This document shows, one piece after another, positions 26,231 through 27,355 of a DNA stretch of 27,355 bases; position 1 is the first letter of the stretch; each line of letters starts with the position of its first letter. Origin of the DNA: an uncultured delta proteobacterium. Lineage in GTDB: Bacteria > Desulfobacterota > Syntrophobacteria > BM002. The stretch is taken from positions 1-27,355 of the forward strand of contig CAVQGX010000070.1 in NCBI GenBank assembly GCA_963712115.1. The letters run 5' to 3'. Under the pieces are notes generated by a model. It saw nothing but the letters and a program-made list of their open reading frames with translations. It was not told where the DNA came from and did not search any database. The translations under genes were made by a program, and so were the position numbers.

Positions 26231-27046
26231 TTCTTCGGGCCGCTGGCCCCGAAACTCATCCATAGCGTCGTTGATCCCCAAAAAGTCAGCCACCTTATCA
26301 AATATGGACACCGGGAGCAGCCTAAGGGGCCAGGTAGCATAGACCAGCGGAGGCATAATCACCCGTTGTTTTTTCCGGGCAATGGCTTTGACTATCCGCT
26401 CGCTCACCTTCTCAGCATCCAAAATAGGCAATAAAAACGAAAATCGTGTCTTAACCCCTGCAAACATCTCGCCCCTTATATAATATGGACAGACCACGGT
26501 GGTGTGGATTTTCAGTTTCTGCTTTTTCAACTCAGCTCGCAAGGCTTCATCGAAGCCGAAAGCGGCAAATTTGCTGGCAGCATAATCAACCAATCCTGAG
26601 CTGCCCACAATACCTCCAGCGGAAGCGACTGTGACGATGTGTCCGCTATTTGTCTGGACCATATCCGGAAGGAAAGCCTTCACCGTCCAAAAGTGGGCCA
26701 GCACATTGACCCTCATAGTTCGTTCTATTTGTTCGTCACTGCACTCCAGGAAAGGTCTTCCAGAGACAACCGCGGCGTTATTAATAATGATATCTACTTT
26801 GCCAACATCTTTTTTCACTTTTTCTCCAAGACCATAGACCATATCACGGTCAGAAACATCGCAGTGATAAGTCGTCACCTTGTCGCCAGCTGCAGAAATT
26901 TCTCTGGCTGTATTAGCTAAACTCTCATGGGCGATATCCCAGAGGACGACGTGACTTCCCTTTGCAGCCATCTTCTGAGCAACCAGCCGCCCCAGACCAC
27001 AGGCGCCACCAGTAATCAAAGTCACTTTGCCGGTGAAGTCGGTCAT
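26210..27046 (-). CDS. Short-chain dehydrogenase/reductase, similar to retinol dehydrogenase/17beta-HSD11 types
   Basis: TGGACGLG, VLWDI, INNAA, DYAASK and VCPY motifs; AAGGAG SD. Confidence 0.93.
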   Translation of the reverse strand: MTDFTGKVTLITGGACGLGRLVAQKMAAKGSHVVLWDIAHESLANTAREISAAGDKVTTYHCDVSDRDMVYGLGEKVKKDVGKVDIIINNAAVVSGRPFLECSDEQIERTMRVNVLAHFWTVKAFLPDMVQTNSGHIVTVASAGGIVGSSGLVDYAASKFAAFGFDEALRAELKKQKLKIHTTVVCPYYIRGEMFAGVKTRFSFLLPILDAEKVSERIVKAIARKKQRVIMPPLVYATWPLRLLPVSIFDKVADFLGINDAMDEFRGQRPEEALGTRD

Positions 27047-27066
27047 GGTGTCTCCTTTGCGTAAAG

Positions 27067-27209
27067 GCGCATAGCGTCAATTGGTTGATTAGTTAATTAG
27101 TCAATTTGTTATAGGTTGTTCTGGCTAGAGGATGAATGGTAAAAAGTGAGCAGTAAGCGGTGAGCGGTAAACCGTTAACCACTTGACTATTTAACTAATT
27201 CTCTAATTC
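27067..27209. repeat. Octamer-based inverted repeat enclosing a GTRAGCR heptamer block
   Basis: 27088-27104 and 27183-27199 are 16/17 complementary. GTGAGCA GTAAGCG GTGAGCG lies at 27146-27166. Confidence 0.7.
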
Positions 27210-27355
27210 ATCGTACCGTTACCTTGCGATCTGAGCTAGGAAATGGCAAATTGGGGAGGCAGATGCAAATTTAGTTTATTCCATCTTCCCGCTGGAGTAT
27301 ATCACGCTACCGTGAATTGCGTGAGGGGGATTCAGGGGGAATTAGCGGCCTTTAG

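Noticed and set aside
80-26920. Numerous short antisense or alternate-frame ORFs in the track (e.g. 2561-3061, 7880-8116, 20875-21396, 25703-26086)
   Set aside because: They are mostly shadows of well-supported genes, with no recognisable motifs or RBS.

Overview
This is a gene-dense chromosomal window, probably from an anaerobic Desulfobacterota/deltaproteobacterium-like organism (inferred from gene content). It holds 23 plausible CDSs and no rRNA, tRNA, CRISPR array or intact transposase/integrase. Left part: an M1 metallopeptidase-ChaN-PDZ fusion, a ferritin-like protein, an Mrp/NBP35 ATPase, DUF169, PilZ, then DUF554, a nitroreductase, an EmrAB-type pump and a PHP protein. Right part: a Tat-linked redox operon (DUF6599-like, DUF362, NapH/NapG-like polyferredoxin, Fe-S aldo/keto reductase) with fabV and a small beta-barrel. 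It converges on an operon of SDR, aldehyde dehydrogenase and an acetylene-hydratase-like Mo/W enzyme. The most unusual signal is non-coding: at least 8 intergenic spacers contain degenerate 7-, 8- and 9-nt periodic repeat modules, often arranged as long hairpins. These include a 143-bp element present twice in inverted orientation (141/143 identical; 19067-19209 and 25960-26102) that brackets a 6.75-kb, five-gene segment. Family assignments come from motif recognition, not database searches.
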